DNA of 58,823 nucleotides, counting the filler, from Sphacelaria rigidula (taxonomy: Eukaryota): assembly GCA_964200075.2 (NCBI GenBank). It is 9 parts of 9 records of this genome, joined end to end, with 100 filler letters (N's around TTAATTAATTAA, not from the genome) between each part and the next. Parts side by side here need not be neighbours in the genome. Positions count along the whole stretch, not along the records: positions 19,642 to 26,088 come from CAXNAA020020013.1; positions 26,189 to 32,635 come from CAXNAA020020014.1; positions 32,736 to 39,182 come from CAXNAA020020015.1; 6 more parts are not named here. One strand, 5' to 3'. Both the position numbers and the translations under genes were made by a program. Shown piece by piece: positions 22,006 to 35,499 of the stretch. The notes beneath the pieces were generated by a model that was not told where the DNA came from, did no database searches, and saw only the letters and a program-made list of their open reading frames with translations. Each line of letters begins with the position of its first letter. Position 1 is the first letter of the stretch.

Positions 22006-23277
22006 GGAACCAAAACAAAACAGTGGTGATGATATATGGATCCGAGTCGGAGGATACGAGACAGTACACGTACCCAGGATGAACCAAAAAATGGAAACAA
22101 ACAAAACGAAATACCACACCCTAACTTTAGGTCACTGGACCCCGGGTAACTAACCTTATATTCTCCGAAACCAAAGTTATTCGAGTCTTGTAGTCTGCAT
22201 AGTCAAGGAACCTCGGCTGTCCAATATAAACTTACAGTAGAGCCACTACAGAGTGTTGAAAAGTGATTCATAATAGGACTGTCCAAAGCTAAGGACAGTT
22301 GATCACATTTGGACCATACTAACCTCAGTTTATTCAACTCGGAGTACTCCAAACTCAAGAAAATGAACGTTTCTACACTTGAACGTTTTTTGTACGAGCT
22401 GGGTCGACCTAGAAACGGATTTAAGCTCTCGAAGCAATATCTCATCGACACAGACGAGTTGGGCCGTGATCCGCATATGATATGAATCGTCCAATCAAGG
22501 AGAAGGTGCACATCTGCTTCAAAGTCTGAGCCAGTTTTCTTCGTTGATTAAACCTAATGTCTAATGATTCCTATACCGTACGGAGTTAGCGTCTATACTA
22601 AAATCTATATTAACTCCGAACGATACATTCAGCGGACGACGGTTTTTGGTGTGGATATTTCTTGCAGCACGGGGAAACGATATATACCCTATTCTTCACC
22701 TAAGTCGTAATCTATCTCGAGATATGGCGCACATTATGTTCCATACTCGAATCATTTCATTACGAGGAGAGGCACTAGATGCTCTAAACGTGGATATGGC
22801 GTCTCAGTTTTTGAGAGCTAAGCTATGAAATTTCGTATGGAGAACCGGTAGTGCATAATAAAATAAAATAAACAGTGTTTTCCCTTTTTTTCGTGAATTT
22901 AAGGGGGTTTTGAAGAGAAATGAAAATACCTCTTGGACCCTATCTCATTTTTGTAGCCGGATTTTTTAAATTGTGATTTTTGAACTTGGCATGAAGCACC
23001 ACAAGGGTTTGCTGAATAAAATAAATGGTATTCATTTTTTTTGAGGGGGGGAAAGGTGCTCAGGCGTTCTCGTATAAAAAATAGTCGTCACCATACTAAA
23101 ACGCCCTGAACCTGTGAAATACATATGTAAATACCAACCTGACTAACGTTTTTGGTCCATTATGCCCTGGCGAGGTCCCACACAAAATTTCCATACACAA
23201 ACACCAAACGTGGGCCGGTAAGTTGCCGGCAAAATACTATTTCGATATTATACCGACGGTTAATAAACGACCCATTC

Positions 23278-23531
23278 GCCGGCCAATATTCCGAGTTGGA
23301 CCCTCAAATTTGGTATGGACAATTAATAGGGCATATTAAAGAAGATTACCGTGCATACAAAACTTTTTGCTCTCATGACTTTAAGGGCAATGATAAATTT
23401 TCAGGCATCAGTGAAATGCCCTGAATTATGAAAAGAAAAACAAATATTTTTGTGCAAAAGTGTTTTTTCTCATCGTGCCCTCTCCATTGTCCATACCGAA
23501 TTTTAGGGTCCAACTCTAAATAATGGCCGGC
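23278..23531. mobile_element. ~250-bp inverted-repeat (MITE-like) segment
   Basis: gccggccaatattccgagttggaccctcaaatttggtatggacaat pairs with attgtccataccgaattttagggtccaactctaaataatggccggc (~45-bp imperfect arms). Confidence 0.7.
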
Positions 23532-26500
23532 TAATGAGACTGCAGACTTTGATTCGCTTCTAGGCTGGCTCAGCTCGTAGGGTGCGAGTTTCGTATACCC
23601 AGGGTTTTCACCCGGGTATTTACCTGTACCCGACAGTTCTGTGAATTTTAAAAGTGTCTTATACCGGTACCCCACAGTTGTGGAAGATCTGTACGGATTT
23701 TTACCCTTGCCCGGGGTACCGGGTATTCCCCTGTAGAAACACCCGGCTAGGGGTAAGAGTTTCTGTACAGGCTCCATACACTATACTGTACCCGACAGGT
23801 TCTGTGAATTCTGTATGAATCTCGTAACCTACCGCACATGCCCGTACCCTACAGGAAACAACTTTGGAAATATTAGCTGAAGGGATATTCGATGAATACT
23901 CGTGGTGACCAGGATATGTCGAGGAGTTTCTCTTGCATAGCACGTATAAAACAACAGCTACTAACTATACTGCATCAACACCGGCTTGTTTTCAATTTTT
24001 CTCTTCCAATATATCTTCATACTCAATTGTTTTACCCACATTTCGGCTAAGCTTAATTCCCCCTTTCATTTAATATAGGTTCGTTTTCCCCACCCCACCC
24101 CACTCCGCCCACATCCCAACAAATATCCTTTCCAACCACCTACATGAAGTAAATCACTAGTGGTCACCCATTTCCTACCTTCCAGCAACTACACTACCCA
24201 AACCACTCCCCACCTTGGACAATATATGGTCAATAGTTGCAATAGACAAGAAACGTACTGCATGACGTATAGGCCTATTGCGACTGTTGTCGGCCGGCAA
24301 TAGTTGCAGTAGAGTCATACTTTATCCAGTACACTTCTCGTCTATTGCATCTATTGACCATATATTGCCCAAGGTGTGAACCACTTACAACAATGATTTC
24401 ATGAGATTAAGAGTGGAGGATACCATTGAGAGAGGAAAGCGGTAAACTCGTGAATAAATCGTTTCGGTTCCGAAGTGGCCCTCCACGAGCCCCAATATGC
24501 TTTCTGCAGTAGCTTGCCATTGAGGCCCTTGATATCCCTGAGTAGGATACCGACGTGTAGCTGTGAGCACACGCCAGTGACGGAGGGGGAATAAAAAACA
24601 CACACGGCATGAAAAATTGACCACATGAAGGCGAATGATCAGAGCCACTCTCAATCAGCGCTCTACTCTCAATCTCCCGAAAACGTTGTTTTTACGCACG
24701 CACACACACAGTCTACAGAATGCATTCGAATATATATATATGTATACAGATAGATACACATGAATGTATGCTACGTGGATCCAATATCCACGGCAAAAAG
24801 TATGACAGATTCAGTATGGACACACACGCACCTTCCGGAAGTCTTCTGCCCTCGGGAGGAGGACCTCGTTAACGTCCATTAGCAGCAATCGGGGGAACTT
24901 GTACACCAGACTCCCAATGTCGGCTGGTTCCTGTTATTTTCGTGTTGGGTTTGTGTTTTTTCATAATAATTTCCGAAACATGGTGCCGAGGGGGAGGGGG
25001 GGGGGGGAGGTAGGGTCATCATGAGCATGTATGCTGTAGCCATGAGACCATTGACCTCGCTTCCCTACAAAGCCGGGGCAGAGCAGGCCGGGCTTTCACC
25101 GGACCAGGATCGCAATCAATCACCAAGCGCGAAGCACCGTGTGTGTTCGGCGAGTCGCATGAAGGGTGAGATATGCATCCTGTTAAGATTGTTCGGTCCG
25201 AAGAGTACTGACTATCTTGCGTTCATGTGGATGACAGCCTACCATACAACGAGTCGCTTTACTTCTGGTATCGCCACTTCCAGAGACAGTCATAGCTTAT
25301 ACACTACCTCATGGGTGTCTCACCATGTAAACCCTACGTAGTACGATCATCCCCATTGTGCGGAGTTGAGATTCTCCAATCCCGCACAACATGATCTAGC
25401 TCGATTACCATCATGGTTACCGCAAAAAAAAAAACGCAAGCGCACCAAAACAATCGGTAATCTGGTTGCCTAGCTTGTGCAATGAGTGGCGTGTTTTATA
25501 GCCTCATCTCCAACCGACGCCAACCCCATCAGGGGTCTGGGGGTTCGGGGGGAGGGAGTGTACGCATGATAATGCATGTCGTGGTCATGAGGCCATTGAC
25601 TTCGCATCCCTCCAAAGTCGGGACGGAGCACGCCGGGTTTTCCCCGGACCAGACTCGCAATCATTCACCAAGCGCGAAGCGCCGTGATGTGTTTGGCGAG
25701 TCGCAATAATGAGTGAACTGCATCGTGCTAAGATTGTTCGGCCCGAAGCGTACCACAAGTATCTTACATAAACAAGGCTGACAGCCTTGAAGGAGTTGCT
25801 TCAATCTCTGGTATCGCCACTTCCAGAGACAGCCACGGCTTACACACTGCCTCACGGGAGTCTCACGACTTGAACATTACATCTTAATAGTATGATCATC
25901 CCCTTCGCGAGGAGTTGAGAATTTTCATTCTGCACGACATGATGTAACTCGATCATCATCACGGTTACCGCATTAAAAAAAAACGGTGACCCGGTTGCCT
26001 AGCTTGTGTAGTGAGTAGCGTGTTTTACACCGTCGTGTGCCAACCGACGCCAACCCTCAAAATGGAGAGGGGGAGGGAGGGGGGGGGGNNNNNNNNNNNN
26101 NNNNNNNNNNNNNNNNNNNNNNNNNNNNNNNNTTAATTAATTAANNNNNNNNNNNNNNNNNNNNNNNNNNNNNNNNNNNNNNNNNNNNCCTCCTTCGCGT
26201 TCGCGTCCGTGTTCGCTGCCCTTCCCCCCCTCGGAATGAGTCCGTTGTCCAAAGAGGGATCTATCTCCCCCGACCCCCCCCCCCCCCCCTCCGATTCTTC
26301 TCGGTATGATGGGAATAAATCGCGCATTCGATCGTAATAGCATCACTCCTTCTCATCTTTCTCCCTCTCGAGCCTAGTCCGGCGGAAACCCGGCGTGCTT
26401 CGTCCCGGCTTTGTAAGGATAGCAAGGTCAATGGTCGTATGTATGACGGCGGCATTCAGAATCATAACTGCAACTATTCCCTCCTCGAAAGGGATGCACG

Positions 26501-26573
26501 GTCACCGACTAAGGCAAACAACAAATGAGTACGCCCCCCCTTCCCTCCCCGCATCATGGTCCCGCTGGTGTAG

Positions 26574-29500
26574 TGTTGGGGACTAAACCTGCTCGGCGCG
26601 TTGGGCCTGGGAGATAAAGCGAACCGCGGAGATGACTCGAGGGAAATGGGAGATGACCTTTCCGCCGTGAACTTGGGGACTGGTGTGGAGGTGGCGTTGA
26701 TTGATGCGCCCACGTTGGCACCGACGGGTGTGCCAACACCAGCACCTGTGGTGAGTAGAGTCATGTACGTGTAGTCTAGTCTGGTTCGTCTTTTACTTTT
26801 TTTTCAACCTTGTCAATTGTCTTGCTTAATGTTGATGTTGATGTTAATCTTAATGTTAATGTTGATGTTGAGTTCGAGCTCGGGACAACTCTTTTTTTTT
26901 TTTCCCCTCTCATTTTTCTCTTCATTTTTTTGTGAAGGAAATTGATGCCACCCACACACATGTATGACGGAGAAAGAGAAGGAGAAAAAAGAACCAGCGC
27001 AAAGCAAATGCAAGGTAGTAACGGCCCGAAAGGATCAGATTATTGAGACCCTGTAATGTCGTTGATACTAAACAATTCGGGGTGATGACAGAAAGAGTCT
27101 AACCTCAGGACGACCCCGCATCCCCCGAGGGAACTGGTCCTAGCGATAGGCATTCCTCATATATATTTGATCGATTGGTGGATTGATTGTCGCATTTTTA
27201 CTGACCCCCCAGGGATCCAGTCGTGGTCTCGTGATAGACGTACCCGAGAGAAAAACAAAATTGAAACACTTGCTAAAAAAACAAGGAACAGAAACATATA
27301 TAGTTATATATATATACATACATATATTTTCGTTTCATGGGCTTTTTGTTGTTGTTCCAGTTGCCCCGTTCATTTCTTTTTTTCTTCTTCTTGTGATGTG
27401 TCTTTTTTCCATTCCCTGGACAACGACAATATATGATCAGTACGTGGTTGCGATACACAAAATATGTACCGCGCAAAAAATAGGATTCTTGCGACTATAT
27501 AGTGTCGGCTGTACTGCGTAATATGGAGGCGTTTTGCAATAAGCCCATACTTCACGAAGAATTCTTTTGTCTTCCAGCTATTGACCCCATATGGGTGAGG
27601 GTATGGTTTTTGCGAAGGGGGAGATAGTCAGAGTTTTAGTTTGTCGTACTGAAGAATTTTGGTTGCACTTCTATACCACGCAACGATCATACCATGCTGG
27701 GCCTCTGGTTAACCCCCCCCCCGCGCGCGCGCCCCCGCTGCTTGCCTCAATCACTCCCGACATTACTGTAGGTCGAGACTCCGGTACCGACCGCCGCACC
27801 TACCGCCGCCGCGACTTTGATTACTCCGGCGCCGACGGTGCTAACGGCAGCCCCGGTTGCCCCCGAGACCCCAGCCCCTACGATGTCGGACACGCCTGCG
27901 CCAGTGGTTGAAGTCACTCCGGCTCCTACTCGTCCCATCACCATCGCCCCGACTTCTGCTGTAGGTGAGAAGAGAGAAACTCACGGATCTTGGACTATGA
28001 CTGGAAGAGTCAGTACAGGAAAGTATTGTGCTTTTTTTTTTTTTTTCGCGTATTTTATAATCATGTGCAAAAGTTGCAGTATTATTATTTTCTATCACCC
28101 GTTCTAGACCATAGCACAACATCATCCATTTATTTATATCCAAAGTCGATGTCAACGTTATCGTGACTCAATCTGCAAGCTGTTTATCATATATATTTAT
28201 ATTCGGACAAAAGTCCAACTGCTTGCACCTGAAACTGCCCTGTCCCTGTTTCTCCGTCCCTCTCGCGCCCGGGTGAATGCTTGTGTCTCCACCGTCATTG
28301 TGGGAAGAAACAAAAGTGGAGGCGGAGGCGTCGGCGACCGACGGGGAGGAAGGGTTTTTCGATGGACAGACGGGTATTATGATGGCCGTCGTGGCGCCAG
28401 TAGCGTTATTGTCTCTGCTCTTGTGCGTGTGCATTGGCTGTCGTAGGAAGCGTCAGCGTGAAACTGCCTCTGCATCCACGGCTGCTCGGAATTCGTACAA
28501 GAGCGACGGTGAGTTTTTGTGTTTTTGCTGTCGCGTATGTGCCATACTCCATTGTGTTCTATGTATGTGTGAGGCAGTAGACCTAAAGGATTGATCCTGT
28601 ATCTATGGCTGAAAACATGACTACTAGCCCTAACCCTATCCCTAATCCCAACCCAAGGCATACCGAGAACCCTCAGGGAAGGGGGGTGCATAGGGTTCCC
28701 TACGCAAAGCGTTTTGAGCACACACTAGGAAAATACGGTACTGTCAGCCCCACTAAAGATCCGATTCTCGTTGTTCACGCTCAAGTCACATAATTTCAAG
28801 CATGGGGTAGATTGTAGCCCAAACTGGGTGAACCTACAGCGGTGTGTGTGTTTGTGTCGTCGATATTTTCGTCAGCTGCTGTGTGGATATTGTTGATGGT
28901 ACAGTAGATCGAAGATTTCCACAGCATGAAGTGCGTCGCGCCTGGCACTACTTTTACCTGTAGCCCTCGTTCATCTAACCGCAACAGTGCAGTGCTGTTT
29001 ATTTTTCGACAATCCGTGTGAAATTGGAAGAGGGCCGACCCTATGTGTGCAGTATGCGTCGCTAACGATAGAGTCGTTGACCGTTTGCGGGTGTCCCAGG
29101 CAGCGCCAGTCGGAGGTGGGGTCTAATTCAGTTTTGAACCGATTTTCGCTGACCCGAGAACCTTATCCTCAGTACTTGTTCTCCCTGGGGAGGGTCGTAT
29201 TGTGGCGACCAATCGGGATGCTGGTTGTACTAATTAAACTTCCTTTGGATTTTTTTTCGCTTCTTATATCGATAAGAAAGGGCCTGAAAATTTGTGTGTG
29301 TGTGCGTGTGTTGTCATCTCATCTATTCTTAACGCCAGTGTAAACCTTTCGGTATGTGTGGGCGCATCAGTCCGGGTCACACAGGAGAAAGGTCAACGCC
29401 GGAGTTTTGTTTTTTGCTTGAGCACTCTTCCTCCGGTGCTTGCCTTATTCTTTTATCGCAAGACGAGTTCCGCTGTTACTTTCCCTCGTTGACTGTGAAG

Positions 29501-31730
29501 TCGAGTTTTGTGTACCCACGACACGGGCGCTCTCCACTGCTGAGAATAATGCGAGAAGTAATCCCAGATCGCGTGACTTCACCGAGATTCAAACCCATGC
29601 CCCTAACCGTCACGAAAGGTTTCAAGGTCACCAACTTAGCCACCGGGGCGACCGGAGAGTACAAGGCCAAGTGTTCCCTCTGGTGATCAAATATCCAACT
29701 TTCCGTGACAAAAAAAGCAGGTGGCTCTTCTGGCCTCGGAGGGCTGGGTGGGCACAAGGCAGCCGTGTCTCGGGACAGGTCTGAGCTGTCAGGATTCGCT
29801 GCCGCAGCGTTACGGTCCCAGAGATCCGGATCCTTTGGCGGGAGCAACAACGATGCCCGCGTTCTGCCGAGTACCAGCGAAGAATCCGGTTCTCCACCTT
29901 CGTCGCGTCACGAGGTGCGTTTTTATCCCTCCTCCTTACTTTATTTTTTCTCCTTCCCTCTTTCCCCCCCTTCTCCCCCCTCCTCCCCACGCTCCGCATT
30001 CCTTCAATTGTCATTGATTGCCAGCCTGGTCCGGCGAAAATCCGGCGTGTACCTTCCCGGCTTTGTAGGGATGCGAGGTCAGTGGTCAAAGGGCTGTGGC
30101 GTATTTGATCAAACACTGTACGCAGTATACTTTTCGACGATCTGATCTTCACGCCGCACCCCGGTGGTGTAAATTAAAATGGTCCGACTGCCATCATTAG
30201 ATTGGAGAAGGAGACGAATCTATCCCCGATGCGTTGGGTTTTCCCCCCGTAAGTATCTGATTTCCACGGTAGAAAGCGTGAGTTTATGCGAAAATTAATG
30301 ATTGACAGAATGACTCCTGATTTTCGAGAGGAAAAAGTTGTGAGAATTATTTGGGATGGGGCAAGGGAGCAGTGAACCCAGCTCGTCCAGACGTGTTCTT
30401 GTCCAACTCGATGGCGGCGGCGTCGATTTGAAGTCTGCCAACGCACGCTTTGCCTAGAACAGCATTTGCACCCTCTTCGCCCGAGGGTTCTCGTAGGCAT
30501 CGGGTCGGGGTTAGGGTTAGGGTTAGGGTTAGTATAATTATTTCCGCACATTTTCCCGATCTCTCGAATCTGTGGTCACAGATGTCGACCCGTCTTCCCA
30601 ATACCACCCCTACTATTCCGTACGAGACATGGAGCTCTCATCGTTTGTTTTATGGGCGTGTCGTGGCTCTCTTTTTTTCGATTTTTTTTTTTTGTCGATC
30701 CGACAGGTCCATCGCACTCATGTTCCTAGAAGTCTTCAAGTCAAAGTTGTAGTTGATGGCGCGCGCGCGGGGAAGAATTGCTCGAGGTAGAAACCAATCG
30801 CTCTTGATCGAAAACATGCGGTCGAAAGGCACGAAGCGGCACTTGATTCATGCACTTGATTACAGACCACTACGCAAAATAACACCTGTTCACAGGACCA
30901 TGCAAAATAAAGAGAGCAAAAGACTGAGCATTGTTGATGACAAATACGTAAGCCGGCTTGCTGAGATGCGCCTCTTGGCGAGTCACGCACGAATACATGC
31001 ATGTTGTTGTTGTGTGTTGTCGTCCTATCTATTCTGGGCGCCGGTCAGCACGTTTCGGTATATGTGGGCGCATCAGCCGGGGTCATACAGGATGAAGGTC
31101 AACACAGAAGCTTTTTTTAATCAGTTTTTAGTACCCCACCTTCCTTCTGCGGTGCTTGCCTCTCTTTTTTTATCGCGAGAGGGGGTTCAGCAGTCCCTTT
31201 CCCTCGTCGACCGTCAAGTCGAATTTTGTGCACTTACGACATTGTCGCTCTCCACTACTGGTGGGCATGATATTAGGAAAATCCTTGATTGCTCCGAGAA
31301 TTGAACCCACGACCCAACCGTCAAAAGGTTTCGAGGTTGACAACTGAGCTACCGGGGCGACCGGTGTGTTGCATGCATGGTGGGAAACCCCCCCACAGAA
31401 AACACCTCCCTTTTCTTCCTGTTCTCATCTCATTCTGTTCTTTTTCTCCTCTTTTCTCGTGCTTCTGCTCGGCTCGTTTCTTTCACTACATGCGCCTACA
31501 CATGTCCAACGATGGTGCAATGTGCACGTGCACAATTAATGCGGGGGAACAAAATAAAACAGGACGAAGGCGCGGGAGGCGCTCGTGGAGGAGGCTATGC
31601 CGTTGGCGATGATGCCTTTTACTTTGAAGGCGACCGATACAACGACGGTGACACATCGAGCGGTACAGGGACCGCGTCGGCTGGAAGCGGCGCACCTGGT
31701 TCCGCCCCTCGAACCCGCACGTACACATAA
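26574..31730 (+). CDS. Type I membrane protein with RCC1/BLIP-II-like repeat, Pro/Thr-rich stalk, TM helix and Ser/Gly-rich cytosolic tail (3' part); exons 26574-26750, 27772-27964, ~28317-28508, 29721-29914, 31563-31730
   Basis: Exon 1 reads CWGLNLLGALGLGDKANRGDDSREMGDDLSAVNLG (CWGxNxxGxLGxGD RCC1-like repeat). A TPAPT-rich exon and the TM segment IMMAVVAPVALLSLLLCVCIGC followed by RRKRQR come next. All introns are GT-AG with compatible phases (0,1,1,0). The stop is TAA at 31728-31730. Confidence 0.85.
29293..29655 (-). mobile_element. tRNA-derived SINE
   Basis: The minus-strand head ccggtcgccccggTGGCTAAGTTGG...GGTTTGAATCtc carries Pol III A and B boxes. The body is shared with other copies and ends in a (CA)n tail. 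Confidence 0.85.
31002..31364 (-). mobile_element. tRNA-derived SINE (second copy)
   Basis: Head ccggtcgccccggTAGCTCAGTTG...GGTTCAATTCtc, with the same body and a (CAA/CA)n tail. Confidence 0.85.
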
Positions 31731-32055
31731 ACCGTTACGAATAGCCCGCCAGCCGTTTCGCCACTGTCGGAGAGTCTGGTTGATGACTCCGACTCGTACG
31801 AAATTTCGGGGGCGCGTGAGGAACTGATTCCGCCCCGCGAACCCGCACCTACAGATGACCCGCCAGCCGCTTCGCTTCCGTCGGAGAGTCTGGTTGATGA
31901 CTTGGACTCGTACGAAGTTTCGGGGGCGCGTGAGGAACTAATTCCGCCCCGCGAAACCGCACGTACAGATAACCCGCCAGCCGCTTCGCTTCCGCCGGAG
32001 AGTCTGCTTATGACTTCGACTAGTTTGAAAAATAGGGGGCGTGTAAGGATGTAAT
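31701..32055 (+). repeat. Three-copy ~114-bp tandem repeat overlapping the stop codon of the RCC1-like gene
   Basis: Units start tccgcccc at 31701, 31829 and 31943; unit 1 is 14 bp longer than unit 2. Confidence 0.9.
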
Positions 32056-33124
32056 GACGTCACGCATCATGGAGAGACCGTTCGGTAGCTCAAAGCACAA
32101 TCATATTATACCCCAGTCTGCAGGTTGACTTGTTGATTACAATGAGGGGTGTGAAAACTAGGGGGGTGATAGTGGATATTGTGTCGTGACGGAAGTTCGT
32201 CACCATCGCCAGCAGTATTGCGTTTCGGTCAGGGGGGACAAACAAACAACGACCACCCGACTCCGCAGACGCCAGTAGTTGGTTGGCCGTCGTTCGCTCA
32301 GGAAACTGTTCGGTGCAGATCCTGTCATTTTTTTCTGGTGTTGATCGACCGTTCGTTCGCTCAAGATGTTCACCTTCTTTGCCTGGTTTCTTGATTCGGT
32401 GCTAGTGTTGGCTACTGGCACCCGCAGCACTGTGCTGTCCTGTCCTGTGCCTTGCCGAGCTGTGCCGGTACTGCTTTCAAGCCTTTGATTTTCTGGGGAC
32501 AGGGGAAGGAAGAAACATCCGGAGACGGCAACATGGTAGTTATATTTTGATTTTGCCCCCCCGCACCTCACCTGGCCGCCATCCCGCCGTCCGCCGCGCC
32601 CCCCGCGCCTCGTGGGGGCTCGTCCGGCCTGTTCTNNNNNNNNNNNNNNNNNNNNNNNNNNNNNNNNNNNNNNNNNNNNTTAATTAATTAANNNNNNNNN
32701 NNNNNNNNNNNNNNNNNNNNNNNNNNNNNNNNNNNAACATCAACGAGTGCACTCGTCTCGACGAGTGATGGCTCGTCCGACGTATGGAATATTGACCCGC
32801 GGTTGTTTTACTCAGGTCGCTTTCGATGAAATTTTGACATGATACACATTAGGCATGCTTAGAGACTCTAACTTTCCCCCTTTTGACGTACATTTTTTTT
32901 GTGAATTATTGTCGAATTAGTTTGGTCAAAACTGTTCTAAAAATTATCATGGCTCATAACTACGAAAAGAAGGTGATGGAGGAAAGCTTAGGTGTTTGCA
33001 TACATGTCTTGTACATGGTGTAAAATTTCATAGAAAATGACTCGAAATTGAACAGCAAAATCGTGTTTTTCTTTCAAAAACCTGTTCCCATGTAGAAACG
33101 GACCAGCCAATATGCGGACAGGAA

Positions 33125-33710
33125 TACCGTAGGTTGCATACTCGTGAGATATCACACTTTCGTAAGATACCACATCCCCTTCGAAGAATTACACAACACC
33201 ACACCCGTGTGAGATTTTTTTTTAGTCCCGAAAAAAACGCCAGTTCATCACACGGTGACAAAAGATATCACACCCCCTGGGTTGCGTCGCATATCATCCA
33301 CGGAGCTCTGGGTTATCACACGGGTGTGATGACGCGTGACGACGCACATAAGCGCGCGCAAACTGCGTGCCACAGCTGTGGAGACCGACAATATCATGGT
33401 GAAAGGATGCAAAATACAACCCTCCTGCTGCAAGCTCCGCGCCCTAGACTGCAGTGCGTCAGACTCGAGCGGCGGCTCCACGGTCTGAAGTCGGTTTTTC
33501 AACTCGCTACGGGGGAAAGTCTGTCTATGACACACCCCATTATTGTCACACTCCTGCACGTGGGGTCCTATCTCCTATGGGTGCACTATATCACACCGGT
33601 GACAGAAGATGTCACACTCCATACACAATATCACACCAGTGTGATGATTTTTTCACGCCCGAAATGTCATCACTCGGATGTGATATCTCATGCAACCTAC
33701 TCGTAGGGTA
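33125..33710. mobile_element. TIR-like element with internal TATCACACC repeats
   Basis: Left taccgtaggttgcatactcgtgagatatcacac versus right gtgatatctcatgcaacctactcgtagggta (imperfect inverted match); TA at both ends. Confidence 0.5.
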
Positions 33711-33717
33711 ATTGAGG

Positions 33718-34790
33718 TGCGGTGTTGCACTGTTCAATTTCAAGTCGTTTTTCATAAAGCTTTGACACAAAAGATATGAGATATGTGCAAAGACCCCACC
33801 TTTCTCCCGTGTCTATTTTTTTTCTTCAAGTGAGTGATCGACTTCTCTTTTTTTTTGTGGAAAAATGTTCCGAAATCTGTGTCACCGATAAGACCGTTTT
33901 TTATGGGGACCACTCCCTGATCTGGCGGGACCCCAATCTGTGCCAATCGGAGGGACTCAGATTCGCGAAGCTCAGATTTTGTGTGTACCCTTATTATCAT
34001 GTTATGGCTTCAAAGGTTTGATTAAATAGTTCCGTAGACGGAGGGTCATCTTTTGCAGGGGTGTGGTACCTTAGTGCAGCCGAAGAACAGGCAGGCAGTG
34101 AATCATCCTTCGAGAGCAGCGTGTACCGTGGTACCCTCGGGTATAATGCAGTGTAGTACACTCCACCATCACAGTACACGATTATGCCGTGTGGTAATAC
34201 ATGATGGTACAGTCGGTAGTGTGAAAACAGAGCAGTGTGCGACAAGAGTTCATGAGTGCAGTGTCACTCATCACCCTGCCAGTACAGCGACAGCAGAGTA
34301 GGATAGTACAGTACCATTTGTTATGATGATGCATACAGCAGCGCAGTGCAGCATAAAACATTACCATCGCCGCAGGGTATGGCAACACTTCTTATCCGCT
34401 TGTCAAACCCCGTGCGCAACTGCTCTAGCAGCTGGCGCTGGCACGGTCTGTGCTGTCATGAGGCTGTCTGCTGCTGCGGTTGCAAAATTTTCAAACGCCT
34501 GTTGCCCTGTCAGCATAGGTCAATGTACGTACGCCACTTCCTACAGATTCGGGGGACCTCGATTTTTACCCGATTTGGGCCAAATTGGGGTCCATAAAAG
34601 GCGTTCCTCGATTTGAGTTCCTCCAATCTGCGCACAGAGTCGTTTTTGCGACTGCAATAAAAAATTGTCCAACCCACGAAGAAAAGAAAAGAGAAGGGCG
34701 GGGTAGGGTCTTCGCACATACCTCATGTGCATCGAGTCCGAAAATTGTAGGAAACAGCTTGAAATTGAACAGCGCAACCGCGTTTTTCTT
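33718..34790. mobile_element. Non-autonomous element with long (~250-bp) diverged inverted repeats
   Basis: ttgcactgttcaatttcaag...atgagatatgtgcaaagacccc pairs with gggtcttcgcacatacctcat...cttgaaattgaacagcgcaa, and gaccccaatctgtgccaatcgg pairs with ccgatttgggccaaattggggtcc. Confidence 0.6.
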
Positions 34791-35499
34791 CCGAAAATCG
34801 GTGTACTTGCTTTTGGAGTGCAACAACCTCAGTCGGAACTTCGTTCTTCACAAACTTTCTTCACCCACTGCTCACCGGTTCTCACCGACACTACAACCGG
34901 ACGCCTTGGCGCGCTGGGGACTTTGTCTGCGTGCCATCTTAGACACTGCACGCCTACCGTACGACATGCATTGTTGCACAACCACAACTTATGCGGTACC
35001 ACGATTTGCGACCGCGGCACAACCTACTGTGACCGAAAATTAGATTTCAGGCGGTTTTATTTCGTAGTTCCATCGCATATGTCACCCCCACCTCTCTAGA
35101 CTTCGAAGATGACTACAGTTTGGCATTTCGTTCGATGGGATCTTGTCGGTTCGCCGTGCTGCGTGGATTGAAAGACGCGCGTTAATTTGCAGATAACCAC
35201 GATGTTTCATAGTAGGCACAACTCGCGATGCATCGTCAGCTAGAACGGGCCGAACGAAAGTGGACTTCTGGGGCAGCCCACCTTGTAGCTGACTGAAGTT
35301 CCCTCTCTGTTTTCAAAGCACCAACGCCAGAGGCAACATATCGTTTGCTACCGTGACCGTCAATCGCTGAGCCATGTAGAGGGTTGCACATCAGCAATCG
35401 CGTTCTTCACACATTTTCCAGGGGTCGACCTACTCGTACAGTTCTGTTGTGCGTCCATGTGGGGCTCATGACCACCTCGTGACCCGGGGGTCGAGCTGG

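Noticed and set aside
29580..29655. tRNA gene
   Set aside because: The A/B boxes are fused to a repeated body and CA tail, which makes it a SINE head.
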